This document shows positions 25,101 to 38,162 of a stretch of DNA of 64,000 bases, one piece after another (position 1 is the stretch's first letter; every line of letters starts with the position of its first letter). Source of the DNA: Phoronis australis (Eukaryota; Animalia; Phoronida); the NCBI GenBank assembly GCA_002633005.1, contig NMRA01000464.1:294623-358622 (forward strand), read 5' to 3'. Position numbers and translations under genes: made by a program. The notes below the pieces were generated by a model. That model was given only the letters and a program-made list of their open reading frames with translations, made no database searches and was not told where the DNA came from.

Positions 25101-28100
25101 TCGAATTTCGTTGACCGGTACCATATCAAAAATTGCAAAAATCCAAGTTGAAATTGTCAACCCAGTTATTGTTACCTAAATCTATGCCCACATCATTGTT
25201 CTTCACAAGACATTTTGAATCGTCATGGTTACCTTACAAGACGTGACAAGCTTATCTCACCTGCATGGAATTTGAAAAAACTAGTTTGATTTCGAGGGAT
25301 ATCAATTATTTGCGATGGAGGTAAGAACAATTAGGCACTGGACCAATTTACTGCTTGCTAGACTTTATGAACCACACTGACTTTTGACAACATTAAAAAA
25401 ACTTTTGGAATTTCCATCGAGACAGAAGTTTATGTTGTCAAAAACACTGCATAATACTTTCTACCTGCAGTTTGCAGATGCTCATTTGTGTTTTAATCAT
25501 GACTTTCTGTTATCATTTTTATAACAAAAATTCAAATCCACAATAGTGGTTGGAAATGGAGAGACAACCAATGCTAGCCCTGTATACTATATCACATCTG
25601 TCGTAAAACCTGTTCATCATCACATATCACAATTATCTTTACACGATAGGTGTTACACCAGAGAACGGTGTTAAGTAAAGTTACTTTCACAACTGATTAT
25701 CTCGGCTGGAGAGACCTCACTTACAAAGGCAAAACATCGGAATACTGATACTGCGTTGTTTGCTGGTCACTGAAGAGTGAATTGCATACATTTTGGGATC
25801 TGAAATAATTAGTAAATGGGCGTGCATAAAGACATGGACCTTTTAAATGAACAAAAATTCCAGTTTGGGACAGACGACGATAGAACACTGGCATTAAAAT
25901 GTGATTATTTGGAAAATGGATATATTTGACAAACATGTATCAGCATGCTCCATACACACTATTAATTCACATTAGATATCAAATTACAGAAAATGACAGA
26001 TATTTGCAAAACATTGCGCAAAGGTGAATTTATCTCACTCAGTCAATCTGCTGGTTGGCTGGAAAGAAATGTCAGAACTATCCATTCAACGCTAATATTT
26101 AGCTGAATGCAGACAATATCATAGACCAATACGGTATTTAGGTCATAACTATCTCACAGACATGACTGCTAGTTGTACTATGTCCATAGTTCACCAGATA
26201 TCCACACGGAGATTACACATGGCCTGTGACTTGGAGATTTGCATCAAAATTGTATCTCTCCTTCAAACCTACACCACCAAGTTTTCATCTGTTCAAAGAC
26301 AGCCATTGGACAGTTTGATCAACTGAACCTCCATTACATACTTGGTTATTCAGCTTAGTTTCACTGCTGTCTTACCAAATTTGTAAGTTATGACTTCCGT
26401 AACATCAAGTTCAGATTATACTTATCTGGTGACGGCCACCATCAACCACTTACTCCAGTGGTCAAGGCAAAAAACAGAATCTGCATTCCAGTCTTCCTCC
26501 TGTTATCTTATCAATAAGGAAATGTGTCATGAGTATGAAGACATATGAAGGCCATATTTTATGTCTGACAATGATGTTCAAACTTAGGCCATCTGATTAG
26601 TGTTCTCAAAATTTGGAAATCACGTACCAATTAGTTTTTCAAATTTATACTACTTCAGCACTGCAAAATTTACTATGTAAGCAATGTCCTACTGATTCTC
26701 ATGTAGAATGCACCATTTTGAATAAACATACCAAGAGAGCACCAAATAAAGAGGCTATTCCATAGACCATGAATTGTCCCTTCTTGAGAGTTGACATTAC
26801 ACTATCTTGAAGTATAAACACCCTCCGAGTAGAGAAGCAAAGGTGTGCTCTAAACACCTTTAAACATAAATGAATGTTTGAACATATTCTAGACAACCAA
26901 TTGACCTATCGCAAGCACCGCCCCTTGCGTAATGTCGACTAACAAACAATAAGTTTTACCCGGCAACGTATTGCTTGCCGGCTAAAATGGCAGCTTGGAA
27001 ACGAAGGTGTATCAATAATGATGCGTTCTAAATTGTCAGTTAAGCCGTCACTCAAAATCCTGACAATAGGTCAATTACGAGTGGGAACACCATGGAAGAT
27101 AACTAATAAAAAATCACCATGATATATGTGACCAGGGGTCTTATCAACTGGCAGGTCAATAGTACCACTATTTAATACTTCCACACGCATGAGTCATAAC
27201 ACTAGTGCTGGGCACACCTTTGTCTGGTGCTTTTTATTTTTATCAAGAATACCTTAGCTACTTTTTTCATAAGAGGAAATAGACCAGAAACCAATATACC
27301 ACTGAATAATAACTACTACCACCTTCATACTGCCTTAAAGCTTTTGCAACAATGAACACACAAAAGGATTGGTTTATGTTATCAACAATGAACTGGTGCA
27401 CAACAGGTACATTTTGTATGCCAGATGTTCAAGTTCCAGTTCCTTGAACTGCAAAGGAGGTATGCAGTTTGCCTCAAATGAATTCAGTCATTGTTACAAC
27501 ACAAACCATTATTTGACATGGTAGACTGTTTTACCAAGGAAACCAGAGAACTCTCCCGGATATGCTTTACCAATCAAAACTAAAGAGAAGAAATGTAGAC
27601 GTCCTGGTTCAGAATAGCATGCTAATCTTTCTCAAGTTACCTTATCACTTTGGACAATTCAACCTGAATTCTCTAGCTTGCAAACTGAAATTTCAGGTTC
27701 GCTTCAACGATTTCTCTATTTTTGAGAACGGAAAACCAGGGTCTCTAGTCGTGCTTATTGCGAGAGAAAGCAATTGACAAATGAAAATCCCTAATAAGCA
27801 AGCATATAGTTATGTTTATGTTAGGACAAGCAACTAGGGATTCAACTGTTATACAGTACACCAAGGGCATTGAAACAGCATCAACAACTATCCACTTGAA
27901 ACCTGGCCTGAGTTCCTCAGAAGCAAGAATCTGGCAAAGGAAAGTAACGCGATTAGGAGCACTGTTTTTAATACATTGTGGAATCTCCCTAAGTCTTCGG
28001 TGGGGTTTCCCTGTTGTATTTGTGAAGTTTTCACGTCAACAGAATGCACGCCTGACCATAGTCTTTCTGAAAATGTCCAGGGTTTCAATTTTAGAACAAG

Positions 28101-31100
28101 CCAAGTGGTCAAATGTCCCTTGTTTAGTTAATTCGCAACAAGAAGCCCACAAATGCTTACAAAGGTTTGTTGTATGCTTTAAGCATATAAAAAGCTGTAA
28201 ACCGGTTAGTTCTTCTTCAAGTCTTAAAAGTTAAAAGCAAGAACATGCTTGTGATATTACAATTTCAAATTCTAACCTTGATCAAAAAGTAAGTGGTTGG
28301 AGCTGGATGTCAACTCGAAATCATTTTTAATTGCTGAAAAACCACCACTTAATCAATTCATATAGACCACTATACATTTCTTAAGAACTGCGTGTTCACA
28401 AACATACATATGAAAGACTTCGTCCTTTTTTGTAAAACAGAATTTAGTAATAATCACTCACAAGGACCCCAGAGTTTAGAACTAGTTCTTCCACTGATTA
28501 ACTGGTAACACACTGGTCATCATCTGGTGACTGAATGAAATCTAGGACCCCTGTAAGTGGCTTGGGACCCCTGTAAGTGGCTTGGGACCCCTGTAAGTGG
28601 CTTGGGACCTCTGTAAGTGACTAGAGCCAAAAATACTTTTACAGGAGCTGGTCCACTTAGGACCTGACACAGATTTGCATTGAATTTTAACTTTTCCATG
28701 TTGCAATTACAATTTGGAATTAGCTAAAACTAAAATACAATGACCCAGTGGCTCAAATTATGGAAGGAAACTCACAAAACCAGAAAGGTCATGACTGATG
28801 ATGACCCATTTAAACACTGAACTCCAGGCTTTGACCATTGGCTTTTCTCCATTGACCCAGAAGGTCCAGACTGTTTCTGAATTGGGGTACATGAGTACCA
28901 GACATAACAAAGAGCCCACACAGTTTATAAAGGGTGTGATCAACATTCTTTTGAGCATGCTATTTAGCTGTAGCACAACTCAACAAATATCAATAAGCAG
29001 GATCTGTGTGTATATTAACCAGACTTTTATATTAGGTACTGGCCAATATGTGTCAGATATTGCTTCTGGGTCAATTCAACATCAACAATTTGTCACTAAA
29101 GTCACCAAATATTAAATTCTGCAGTTAATCAGCTAGACCCAAGACGACACTACCTTTTTCCAGTAACTGGATGGGAATAACCAACCCCAAGAGATACATA
29201 AATTTACCAAAATCAACACAATCTCCAAGGAAGCTACTGGGTACAGGATTCGTAAGCAGGCAAGTTGTGGCGAGACGTAGTTCGACAATCATACAGCATT
29301 CCCTCAGCAAACACTCAAACGTGCAAATATGCATGCCGTTTCTTTTGTGTTTTCAAGTCCTTCTCTCCCTTACTGTTATTGTACAGAAATTTAAGCTTTA
29401 TTTTCAGAAAAAAGAAAAACATAAGTACCACGATGAACCACTGTTTCAATAATTTGTCGGATAAAGCAGAAAAAATAGCTTTTCAAACATGGCTAGATGA
29501 TTTCCAAACTTGGTGCAGTCATGTTTGAACACATTAGGTAGAAGACTAACATAACATGTTGGTGTCGGGGATAGTCACGTAGTAACAGAATGCCTACCTT
29601 GTTTGAAAGACAGTGTGGGGTGGTACGAGGGTTCCAGAAGGGCAATCCTGTCACTGGTAGTCATGGAGAATGGATCCACATGCTGCACGTTGTTATAGCG
29701 ACCACCACACATCGGACACGACGTGCCAGGCGGGTAGCAGTGACACTTGATGGTTGACAGGCGAGCCGCCTTCCGGTTGACCAAATGTAGGCCAGTAGTC
29801 CTCAATAGTCTCCGCTTACGGTAGATCCGCACTGGTCGGCAACGTGCAGCTCGACATGAACTGTCGGCAGGTGGCGAAAGCTCCAATGTATTTTTGTTTC
29901 CCGTGGCAACAGTGGCCCCGCCATCTGCAGATAACTCCTCACGGCGAACTCTTTTCTGTAGCGGATTCTCGGAATCAATGTCAGCACTTCCCGTCGAACT
30001 CTGACTACTATGAGAACTATCCAAGGTGCCATTGAGAACAGGTAGTGGCGGAGTCGATTTGGCACTGGCTGGTTGTGTACCACCCGCGGATGAGATCGGT
30101 GAGTAGCAATTGCCCAGCGACTGAGTCAGCCGCGAGGACTGCTTGTCAACATTGTGTAGCAGCGATGAGATGTTGCATGATGGAGACATCTCATTGCGTT
30201 TTTCTATGGCTGATATCTTGGCCTCAATTGGTGACAGTTTACGGCCAGTCTTGCCAGGTCTTAGCCTGGCCATCAGGTCTTCCGGTGACGGCTGTTCACC
30301 AAGCAACACTTGGCCCTTGGACTGTCGAATCTGCTTGTAGATTTCTGTCTGTTGCCGGATGCGGTACTCCAGATCAGACACCTGTGCCTGTAACCATGTC
30401 CATCGTGAAGCTACACATGACCGACTGCTGGCCCACTTCCACTCGGCACGTTTGCGTCTGGAATATACAGCACAGACTCAACACATAGAAAACAACAGCA
30501 AACACAGCCATTTACATTCAAGTTCTTCAAAGCCTGATTACATATTATCACAATGTGATCATGTGACTTTAGCGTCAAAGTACCGATGAACAATGCAAAG
30601 TAAAACATAGAGTTTGACTGGAACATTAGTTGTCTGAGGATCCCTCAATTTCAAACTATAAATATACCGTAAAAGGTTAACGCCCATACTCAGTTAACCG
30701 CCCACCCCCTACTTTAGGTGGATTTTTTTACTTAACCGCCCACTGTTCGGTTAACCGCCCATCTGCGATTTTTGAAGATTTCCAGTTAAGCGCCCACCTC
30801 TCAGTTAAGCGCCCATCCCAGACTTTTAAAGATTTAGCGCCCAGTGCTACGCAAACGCACAATTTCCCAACTTTTAGATCGATGATCACAACTAGAGTGC
30901 AACGACGGCCTCTGAGCCGGCGGTTTGGCAATGTGAATTATAATACAAGTAATGAATTCTTGTCTCGGGCCATGGATTTACTTCAAAATATAATACTTGA
31001 ACGTTTTGTCATGTTTCACGCAATTGGAAGTGGGCAATGCTGGGCGGTCGAGATAAAACAGCTAGCCACAGAACCATACATTGAAAATGAGTCACGGAGT

Positions 31101-34100
31101 CCAATAGAATCTAATCTAATCTCCAACATAAACATCCCAAACACAAAAAACACCTAAATTTGTTTTTTAAACTTTTATTACATCATTAATTATAGAACTG
31201 GTCTTTGACTCGGAACTTGACAGTTAGCACCATAAATTTGATGTCTGCTATGACCTCTACAACACGTGAAGCTCGCACGCGCGCACTTCTAAAGTGTGAT
31301 CGCGTGAGAATAGTTGCAATCCCAAGTTATTGTTACTGGTCGTCTGGGCACAACAGCTCTAATAAGATCGCAGGACGGCACAGGGCTATTACTCACTAAT
31401 TTTGTAAATTTAATTGTGATTGACTAATCTGTGGGCAACAGAACATTTCTTGGGATCGTCCGCAATTTAAGCAACATTTGGCGACTTGAGGATAAAGCTC
31501 TTTGAAAAGTTTTACGCGTTCCGAGTACGTGTGTCGTGTGGTACTCTGATCATGAAGTAAGATTAACCGCTCAGGGTGGTTGTCTGTTGTAATAAGCGCC
31601 CACCCTGGATTTCCTGAAATTTCACGTTTAAGCACCCATGTCTGGAAAACCGCCCACCCCCCGATTTTTTGGGTTTGCCAATTTAACCGCCCAGGGCGTT
31701 AACCCGAATGTTTATGGTATAAATACAGTGGAATTTGACATTAACAACTGATAACCTTTGATATGTGACTGGTACTATCAGTGTCTGTGAATGAAACATA
31801 CTGACATAACGGCAGGAACCAACCAGTATATCTACTGTGAAAATCCAAGCTCTCCAAAACCTACTGTCAGGTTATATGTATACAGTAGTATTTGCAATGA
31901 AGGAAACTGTCTTGAATTTTCACCTCAGTCAATACCATCTTGCGACAGAAATCAGAGAACAAAACCAAATGCCTTCCTGGAACTAAGTCTTGATAACAAA
32001 AGGATCATTATGATCATGAGTCAGCCAGTCACGCATAACAGATGTACCAGTGAAAGGAGCATGTACTGTTCATACATACGGTAAAATCTCACCAAATTCG
32101 GACAAAAATAATTGCCAACAATGCCCCTTTGGCTTCTAACCTTGTTGTGAATGCCTACGGATATTAAAAACTTGTTTGATGGCAGATGTGGTTCAAAACC
32201 TGAACAAGGAAAACGTTTAATTTGGTGCTGCATATCTTCCTTGGAAAGGTGACAAAAAATGAGTCACAATTTTGGACTCCAATTGTGCCATTTACACTAC
32301 AACAGTTGACACCGATCAGCTGACACGGAACAAGATGTTCTACCACATGTATGAGTGTATACAGGACTGACCTGGAGCAAATTGACACCGCGGTGACAAC
32401 TTTTGCCACCCGTTTGTGAGGTAGAGTAACTTGCACTCGATCATCTTGTTCCGTGTCAATTATATGTCTAAATGCTAAACTGTGACAAGGCGGAAAAGAT
32501 CATCTCTACTGCACTTGTGCAATGACCAACATACGGGTTCTCCGTCATTGCAACTCAAGCCATTTGTAAACCTGTGCATGTGAGTTCCACTCTCCAGCCT
32601 ACAACTTCAGTCTTGCCAAAGTTAGGGAGTTGTGTGTGTAAACGGCAGCTTGACGCTGATCAATTTGCTCCGTGTCAGTTGCGCCAGGCCAAAAGTTGAT
32701 GTCTAAACAGGACTATTGAAAGACCTAAAAACTTGTATTGGAAATTCCCGAGTTGAATCAAATCCCCAACACTACAACATGAAAAACAAATAGCACAACT
32801 AGACTTTTAACCACAAAATAAAGCAATCTGAGGAAGAAATTTGTGGCGAGTGAAGAAGAAGGGGCAGGATGCAGATGTCACCAGGTTGCACATGAACTGA
32901 GATCATTTACCTGAAACTGAAATGCCAGGAAATGACCACATAAACCCTCACTCCCAAGGACGTAAGAAAACAGGGAATATTAGAACCACTTACAAGTTAC
33001 AGCCCATATGTGGCACACCACTTCCAGTTAAAAGACTACATCCGAGTTTTACAGAAGAGGTGCTCTCCAATCCAGAACTCCGACTGACTGAAACGTGCGA
33101 TATAGTGCCAGACAAAAACTACACAAATTATCACTGGATAGTCTCATAAAATGTGGATTTGCAATTGTGCAAAGTAATACCAGACCACCCCGGTTTAGAT
33201 CATTGGAGACACAGTAACGGACATTGGGCACCCTGACCGAGATGACGGCAACATGCACTCACACAGGCAAGAGGTCATTGCCTGGTCCCCGGACGTGTTA
33301 AGTTTATATGCATTGTCGGATAACCAGGCAGAAATGAGGTACGAAAGGGGATTGGTGATTGAATGATTGTGTTTAACGAGGGCACAATTCAAGATCCCAT
33401 TGTAAAATTCTGGGAATTCCGCCAAGTATGTTGGTCTGAAAGGCCAGACCATTGGTCCTCGCAATATCAGCAGAACTTTTGCGTTCGTTTTGAGGCATGG
33501 CAGAAGTTTGAAGTGTATAGTCACGGCTAAATACCGAAATAGCGGCAAGGCTCCTGGTCTACAAATTCTGCGCATAATGATTTTTTCAGGACTGTCGGAT
33601 ATTATTGATAAATTTAAAACGTTACTGTAGAATTTTAGGACTGTATATAAGTCATTTTTCGCACGTAGACGTTCACGGACTGAGCGCTTATTTTAGCAAA
33701 GTCTGAAAATGTATGGGGGCGTTTATAGGGGCATGGGCAGTTATTAGGGCGAATACGGTATGTATAAATCTTTAACAGTTGGCAGCCCTGCATATGTATA
33801 CAAGGACTCATAAAAATGCACACACGTATTGAAAGCACATCATCTGCAAGTTTCCCGTCCATTTAACGCCTTTTCCAAGATAAAAAAGTGACAAAAATTC
33901 TTTATTTATATCTGAATCACTCTATTAAATGCTGGATTGAAGACATTCATGCTGAGAACCAAAACTTACCAATGTTGTTGTCAATTGAGATTATCCAAGA
34001 TACTAGAGCAGAACCATTCAATAAAGTTTGGAATGTTGTACTAATGAATTTGGTTGCACTAATGAATTTGGTTAATTTATGTAACAATATTCATGTATTT

Positions 34101-37100
34101 CTTTGTGACCTTTGGGACACATGTTTAACCAAACGTGAAGTACTATCACTACAACATATGAGCTCTAGCTTCCACATTCTGATAATCAAATATACCTGAA
34201 CAGCTTATTATTATCATTATATACATAGAAGGTGGAGCCTTGGTTGTGGGGAAAAATGTTAAAAATTGGTGTTAAAACTCTGACCATTCTGAATGACACG
34301 AGTTCGGTATTACGAATATACTGTTGGTTATAAGTAAGGTTATTCAAGCACAACTCGGCAATATGATCGGCACAAGGTTTTTGCCGTTTAGTTGAGGCGA
34401 ACCCAAGATTTTCCATTTGTTTTATCTAAAGTTGCCACTTTCACTGCCGTGGTCAGTGACTGCTAGTCAGACAGGTCGACATGTGCACCGCAAAGTCAGC
34501 CAGAGGGTAATTGTCAGTACTTAATGTTTTAAACATTACAACACTGTCCAACTCCTGCCACAAGGAGGCCCCCATTCAAAATTTATGTTTCCTATTCTCG
34601 TTTTGTGGTTGGTCTTACAGATAGCCTCTGCAAATTACATGTATCTAAAAATAAACAAAACACCCATCTCCATAATGAACTTTGGATACGGTAATTTGGA
34701 AGGACCCTTTCCCTCCTGACACGACCAAAAAGACGTCGCTGGTATATGCCCATTTTATGGCCTCTAGACCGATCTGCTGTGCCACTTTGTAATCCAGCCA
34801 TTACAGTTTGTATGCGGGGAGTTGCACTATTTTGTCAACATGGCCAATGATACCTTTGGATACTTCTTGTGTCAAAAACACCCAGATTAAGTTCAGCATC
34901 AGTTCAGTCATAGTCTGACGCCAAATTACGGTTCCTGTCTGTGATGGATATTTGAAATATTGTGTTAAGTCTTTATGCTTGGTCATCTGGACACGACTAG
35001 TTTTCATGAGTCATGAGGAACAACTTGACCAACATCGTTAGTTTATATTAGGCAAAGTGCTAAACAGAGTCCATTTGCAAAGCGAATATCTACTTACAAT
35101 TAACATAAAAAGTTGCTTTTTAACAATGCACACGAATGTTTTGGTGACAGGCGACGATAAACTTCTCATGCTGCGACTGAAAATTCGATAGAAAAAAATG
35201 AAGTCAGAATTTTCAACTATCTGACCGCCATTGTTCAGTCCGCTCAAGATGGTTGCTAATGGTTACAGCCAAACAAGTCGTGTTTAAATTTTGTGACAAA
35301 CTGCGACAATTGCTTTGAGACCTTCTACAGGCCCACTGTCACAAGGGATGATTTATTTTCACCACCTCTGCTTGGCCAGCTTACCTCCCTGCTTGAGGAA
35401 GTATATGTAATGTTTTTGTTAACAATGCACTATTGTAATGGCGGCCTCCAATGGTTTCCCCATTTCTTATAGAGACAAGATTTTTCGTCTACACCTATGT
35501 GGTCACGTGACCCGTTATTTCAAGTATAGCCGTTAAGCAGCGTTCCCGCTGGTTATTATTTTGCTAAAAACCTTTTTATATAGGGCGGTCCAGGACAGAA
35601 ATAAGTTTACTTTTCTGTGGCATATGCACAGTGTTTGATTTGGCAATCTGCAGTAAGTCAACCAACAGATTTCAGACACGATCCCATGAAATCCAATTGG
35701 CACATCATCTAAGGGAAGTTATATACCGAAAAAAACGTCCAGCAATCGCGTATCATGAAATCGAATAAATACCTCTGTCCCCCAGCATTGTCAGTTAAAC
35801 TCTGTGAAGCAGCTACATTTTTAACACATTGAGCCCTGCCTCCATTACACCACTAGGCAAACATCCTTTCCTTTGATTACTTAGATGAGAAATAAAGCTA
35901 ACTCTAGAGTCATGACAACGACAGGGATGATGACACCTTCAGGATGAAAATGCATGATGAGCTCGCTAAGATTTCATAAGGTGTTCCAATTCCAGTCATA
36001 GCCTGGAGAGCCATTGAAGACAAGAGCAAGACTTATCATAACTACATTGATAAGATAAAACAGTTTTACACCTAGGTCAAAATTCAAGGCAAGTACAAAC
36101 ACAAGGATTTTGCAACCAGAAAATTATTTCCAATCCCAAATTGGGGAGTTTTTCACTGTATACCCAACCCAACCAACTAAAAATTGATCTTTTACACTTC
36201 CGACTCTTGCCAACTAGATGCATCATTTGTAGAGGCCAGGACTTCTACACCATCGTATTTTGACAAGCTCATTTCCCGTTTGAAGACCTGGTCACATTGG
36301 CAAGTTGAAGTTACACTAAGCGTCAAGTCCTGGGGTAACTTTATAAATTGACTCCTTGCGGGCCCCAAAAGTGACTTACAGCTGTCTGGATCAAAGCACA
36401 AGGCATTAAAGATTGTGTGGACTGCAGTGTGATTGAAAACATGCAGTAAATTACCCAATAGTTTCTTCTGAGTGTTGGGAGCTGGCCTGTGAAACCCAAC
36501 TCATTCCTAACGGCAAAGAACACGGCTATGGCAGACAGATACATGACCTGCAATTACTACAAGAGCCAAAGTTGTGCTTTTTGCTTTCTCATTTTTTTCA
36601 CTGGTACAAGTATTTTAGTCTTAGATAATACTTGAGTGTTATAAAAGGAAAATATGCTTGAGCTTTTACTTTGACTGAAACTTTTGCAATATTAGAAAAT
36701 TATCAGCTTCAATCAAGATCAACTAATTAGGTCAAGGAGTCTCCATAATCTTGTCAAAAATGGTATTAGCGAGCACATAAATTACTCAACTTTTTTATTT
36801 TCAGATATTTATAATCTAATAATTTTTCAAGAAATGGTTTCTTTATACAAGTTCAGACCACAATTCTTAGGTTGATTGTATTTCCGGACTCAACTTTCCA
36901 GCTTACTGCAACAACAGCAATTTGCATAAAGGCATGATGTTGAACCACACTAATTTACAATCCAACAACACCGCACTGAATACTAAACTTGTTTATACTC
37001 ACAGCGATGGATTATATTTGCTATCGGTATCCGAGTACTCATCTTCATCACAGCTTTCTCCACCAGAACTACTTTCGGTGGCATCCGAGTCTATGCATTT

Positions 37101-38162
37101 TTCCAGGTGCGACAGGTTGGCACGCAGCTTACCAGCCGCCTGTTCAACATCCGAGGCAGTCTCCTCGTCAAGAGTCAACACACTGCTACCTTCAAGTTGT
37201 GACGACGAAGACGCCTGAAGCCGCTGTCTTAGTGTCACTTGCGATGACTGCAGCCTACGCACTAAGTTCACGAGGGCAGCAGTTGAGAGACTTTTGATGT
37301 CTTCACTCTGCAGGACATCCGGTTGCAGGTCAGCCGTACTCTGCGGAGTTGAAATGGATGTTGCCATTGACTCCAAGTTCCTGTGCTGGCTGTCCACAAA
37401 GCCACGCAACTGAGATCTCACATGACTGGTTGATTGTACCGACTGCAAACGGCGAATGCGTTTCGCCAGACGACCTGCCCGCCTGTCCAGGGTTTGTTGC
37501 CGACGTCCTAGTTCAGCTGACGAAACTGGAGGTGATGCAAGTGAATCACTGCTAACAACAGTAGAGTCAATGGTCTCTGCACTAGACACAGGTGCAGCTG
37601 AACCATTCGAGTCTAAAGAACAGTCTCCATCCTGGCTAGCTTCAGCCAGTGACTCTTCCAGTTTAAGAACACCATTACTATCATTATCCTTGGTGGTAGA
37701 CTGTTCCGTTACGTTAGAACCATCAGTTCGATTCATGGTTCCATTGGAAAGCTTCACAGCACGACTGTCGATGTCTGACACCATTTTACCATTTGTTGAA
37801 CTATGACTCATCCTACCATTGACAACTAATTCACCATCCGCTTTGCAAGGCTTCGCTTTGAACAACTCAGGCAAGTTTTTCAGACTGCTGAGTTGAGTAA
37901 ACTGTGTGCTGGTGAAAGCAGCAAAAAAGTTTCGATTCTGCAGTTGTTTGCCAGAAAGCGATTCAATGCTTGGTTGCTTTTTATAGTAATCAACACCACC
38001 ATTTGTTTGAACCAGGTAATCTGCTTTGCCGCTGACACGACTCTCCAAACCACTCTCAGGTGGTGATGGCGAGAGGTTGACCCGCGCTTGACTGGCGGTC
38101 TCAGTGAGAGCTGGAGCCATAGTGGCCAAGCTGCATAGCCTCAGCGAAAGAGGGCCAAACAT
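15526..38162 (-). CDS. KANSL1: KAT8 regulatory NSL complex subunit 1 (NSL1) family; complement(join(15526..16155,17440..17713,19165..19423,21766..21909,22303..22376,22895..22997,29598..30457,37003..38162)), 3504 nt, 1167 aa
   Basis: MAPALT N-terminus, [20 protein letters not shown]...[30 protein letters not shown]-like AARCRP motif, and PEHE region [31 protein letters not shown]...[16 protein letters not shown]. All seven introns are GT-AG with matching phases. Confidence 0.93.
17440..17713 (-). CDS. KANSL1: KANSL1 coding exon 7 (274 nt)
   Basis: ttctag|G TGG CGT completes TPKWR; ends EDE|gttagt. Confidence 0.85.
19165..19423 (-). CDS. KANSL1: KANSL1 coding exon 6 (259 nt), start of the PEHE region
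   Basis: [34 protein letters not shown]; ttttatag| acceptor and |gtaagt donor. Confidence 0.92.
19588..20834 (-). mobile_element. HINE/DINE-1-like element, copy 2 (apparently complete)
   Basis: Minus strand: 5' TTTTTATGCGCCCACATATTTATATGTG (subTIR plus inverted repeat), GTCC microsatellite, ~425 bp higher-order tandem units, 3' subTIR TGGGCGC, hairpin CAACGC-TCC-GCGTTG, and CTTGTT end. Confidence 0.85.
21007..21186. mobile_element. MITE family A, copy 2
   Basis: AATTGACCTATCG...CGATAGGTCAATT perfect inverted termini; internal hairpin. Confidence 0.85.
21200..21487 (-). mobile_element. Degraded HINE-like fragment
   Basis: Contains TTGCCACTAG, GACGGA-like motifs and a GCATAAAAAAA terminus like the HINE copies. 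Confidence 0.4.
21766..21909 (-). CDS. KANSL1: KANSL1 coding exon 5 (144 nt)
   Basis: attccag|AA TTC CGT...ATA G|gttagt; contains NLS-like KKKKKNK. Confidence 0.75.
   Translation of the reverse strand, partial: NSVKVCHAVMVARCQGRPRTLRHVKLGSAGQTSRRKRRTSHPVWHRL
22303..22376 (-). CDS. KANSL1: KANSL1 coding exon 4 (74 nt)
   Basis: ttttgcag|G AAA AAC AAG...AAG A|gtaagt; Lys-rich and needed to keep the frame. Confidence 0.75.
22895..22997 (-). CDS. KANSL1: KANSL1 coding exon 3 (103 nt)
   Basis: tttcag|AT ATA CCT; [18 protein letters not shown]; donor gtgagt; phases fit. Confidence 0.85.
26230..26520 (-). mobile_element. Possible highly decayed RTE-type LINE endonuclease fragment
   Basis: Minus-strand DWNA and WPSPD peptides resemble the GDxNA and TWxSPD motifs; no continuous frame. 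Confidence 0.3.
26899..27076. mobile_element. MITE family A, copy 3
   Basis: AATTGACCTATCG...AATAGGTCAATT; close to copy 2. Confidence 0.85.
28545..28622. repeat. 20-bp minisatellite, about 4 units
   Basis: GGACCCCTGTAAGTGGCTTG repeated head-to-tail. Confidence 0.92.
29598..30457 (-). CDS. KANSL1: KANSL1 coding exon 2 (860 nt)
   Basis: ttccag|A CGC AAA CGT GCC GAG TGG AAG TGG; [24 protein letters not shown]...CPMC, YHPTLSF; donor G|gtaggc. Confidence 0.92.
30667..31717. mobile_element. pogo/Tc1-mariner-type non-autonomous element (TA-flanked)
   Basis: TA|CCGTAAAA-GGTTAACGCCC ... GGGCGTTAACCCGAATGTTTATGG|TA; many subterminal TTAACCGCCCA/TAAGCGCCCA motifs at both ends. Confidence 0.78.
33650..33758. 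mobile_element. Single end of a related pogo-like MITE
   Basis: GGGGCGTTTATAGGGGCATGGGCAGTTATTAGGGCGAATACGG|TA; partner end not recognised. Confidence 0.45.
37003..38162 (-). CDS. KANSL1: KANSL1 first coding exon (acceptor at 38197; alternative start at the MAPALT ATG)
   Basis: 387-aa ORF containing MAPALT and [16 protein letters not shown]; donor CT|gtgagt. Confidence 0.92.

Noticed and set aside
28545-28622. CRISPR-like direct repeats
   Set aside because: Contiguous 20-bp units without spacers in a eukaryotic intron; a minisatellite.
28760-29330. Decayed LINE RT fragment (FxYLG-like peptide on the minus strand)
   Set aside because: A single weak motif with no continuous frame; not supportable without a profile search.
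35925-36010. C/D-box snoRNA (two ATGATGA motifs)
   Set aside because: Antisense to the host KANSL1 transcript, with no suitably placed CTGA or terminal stem.
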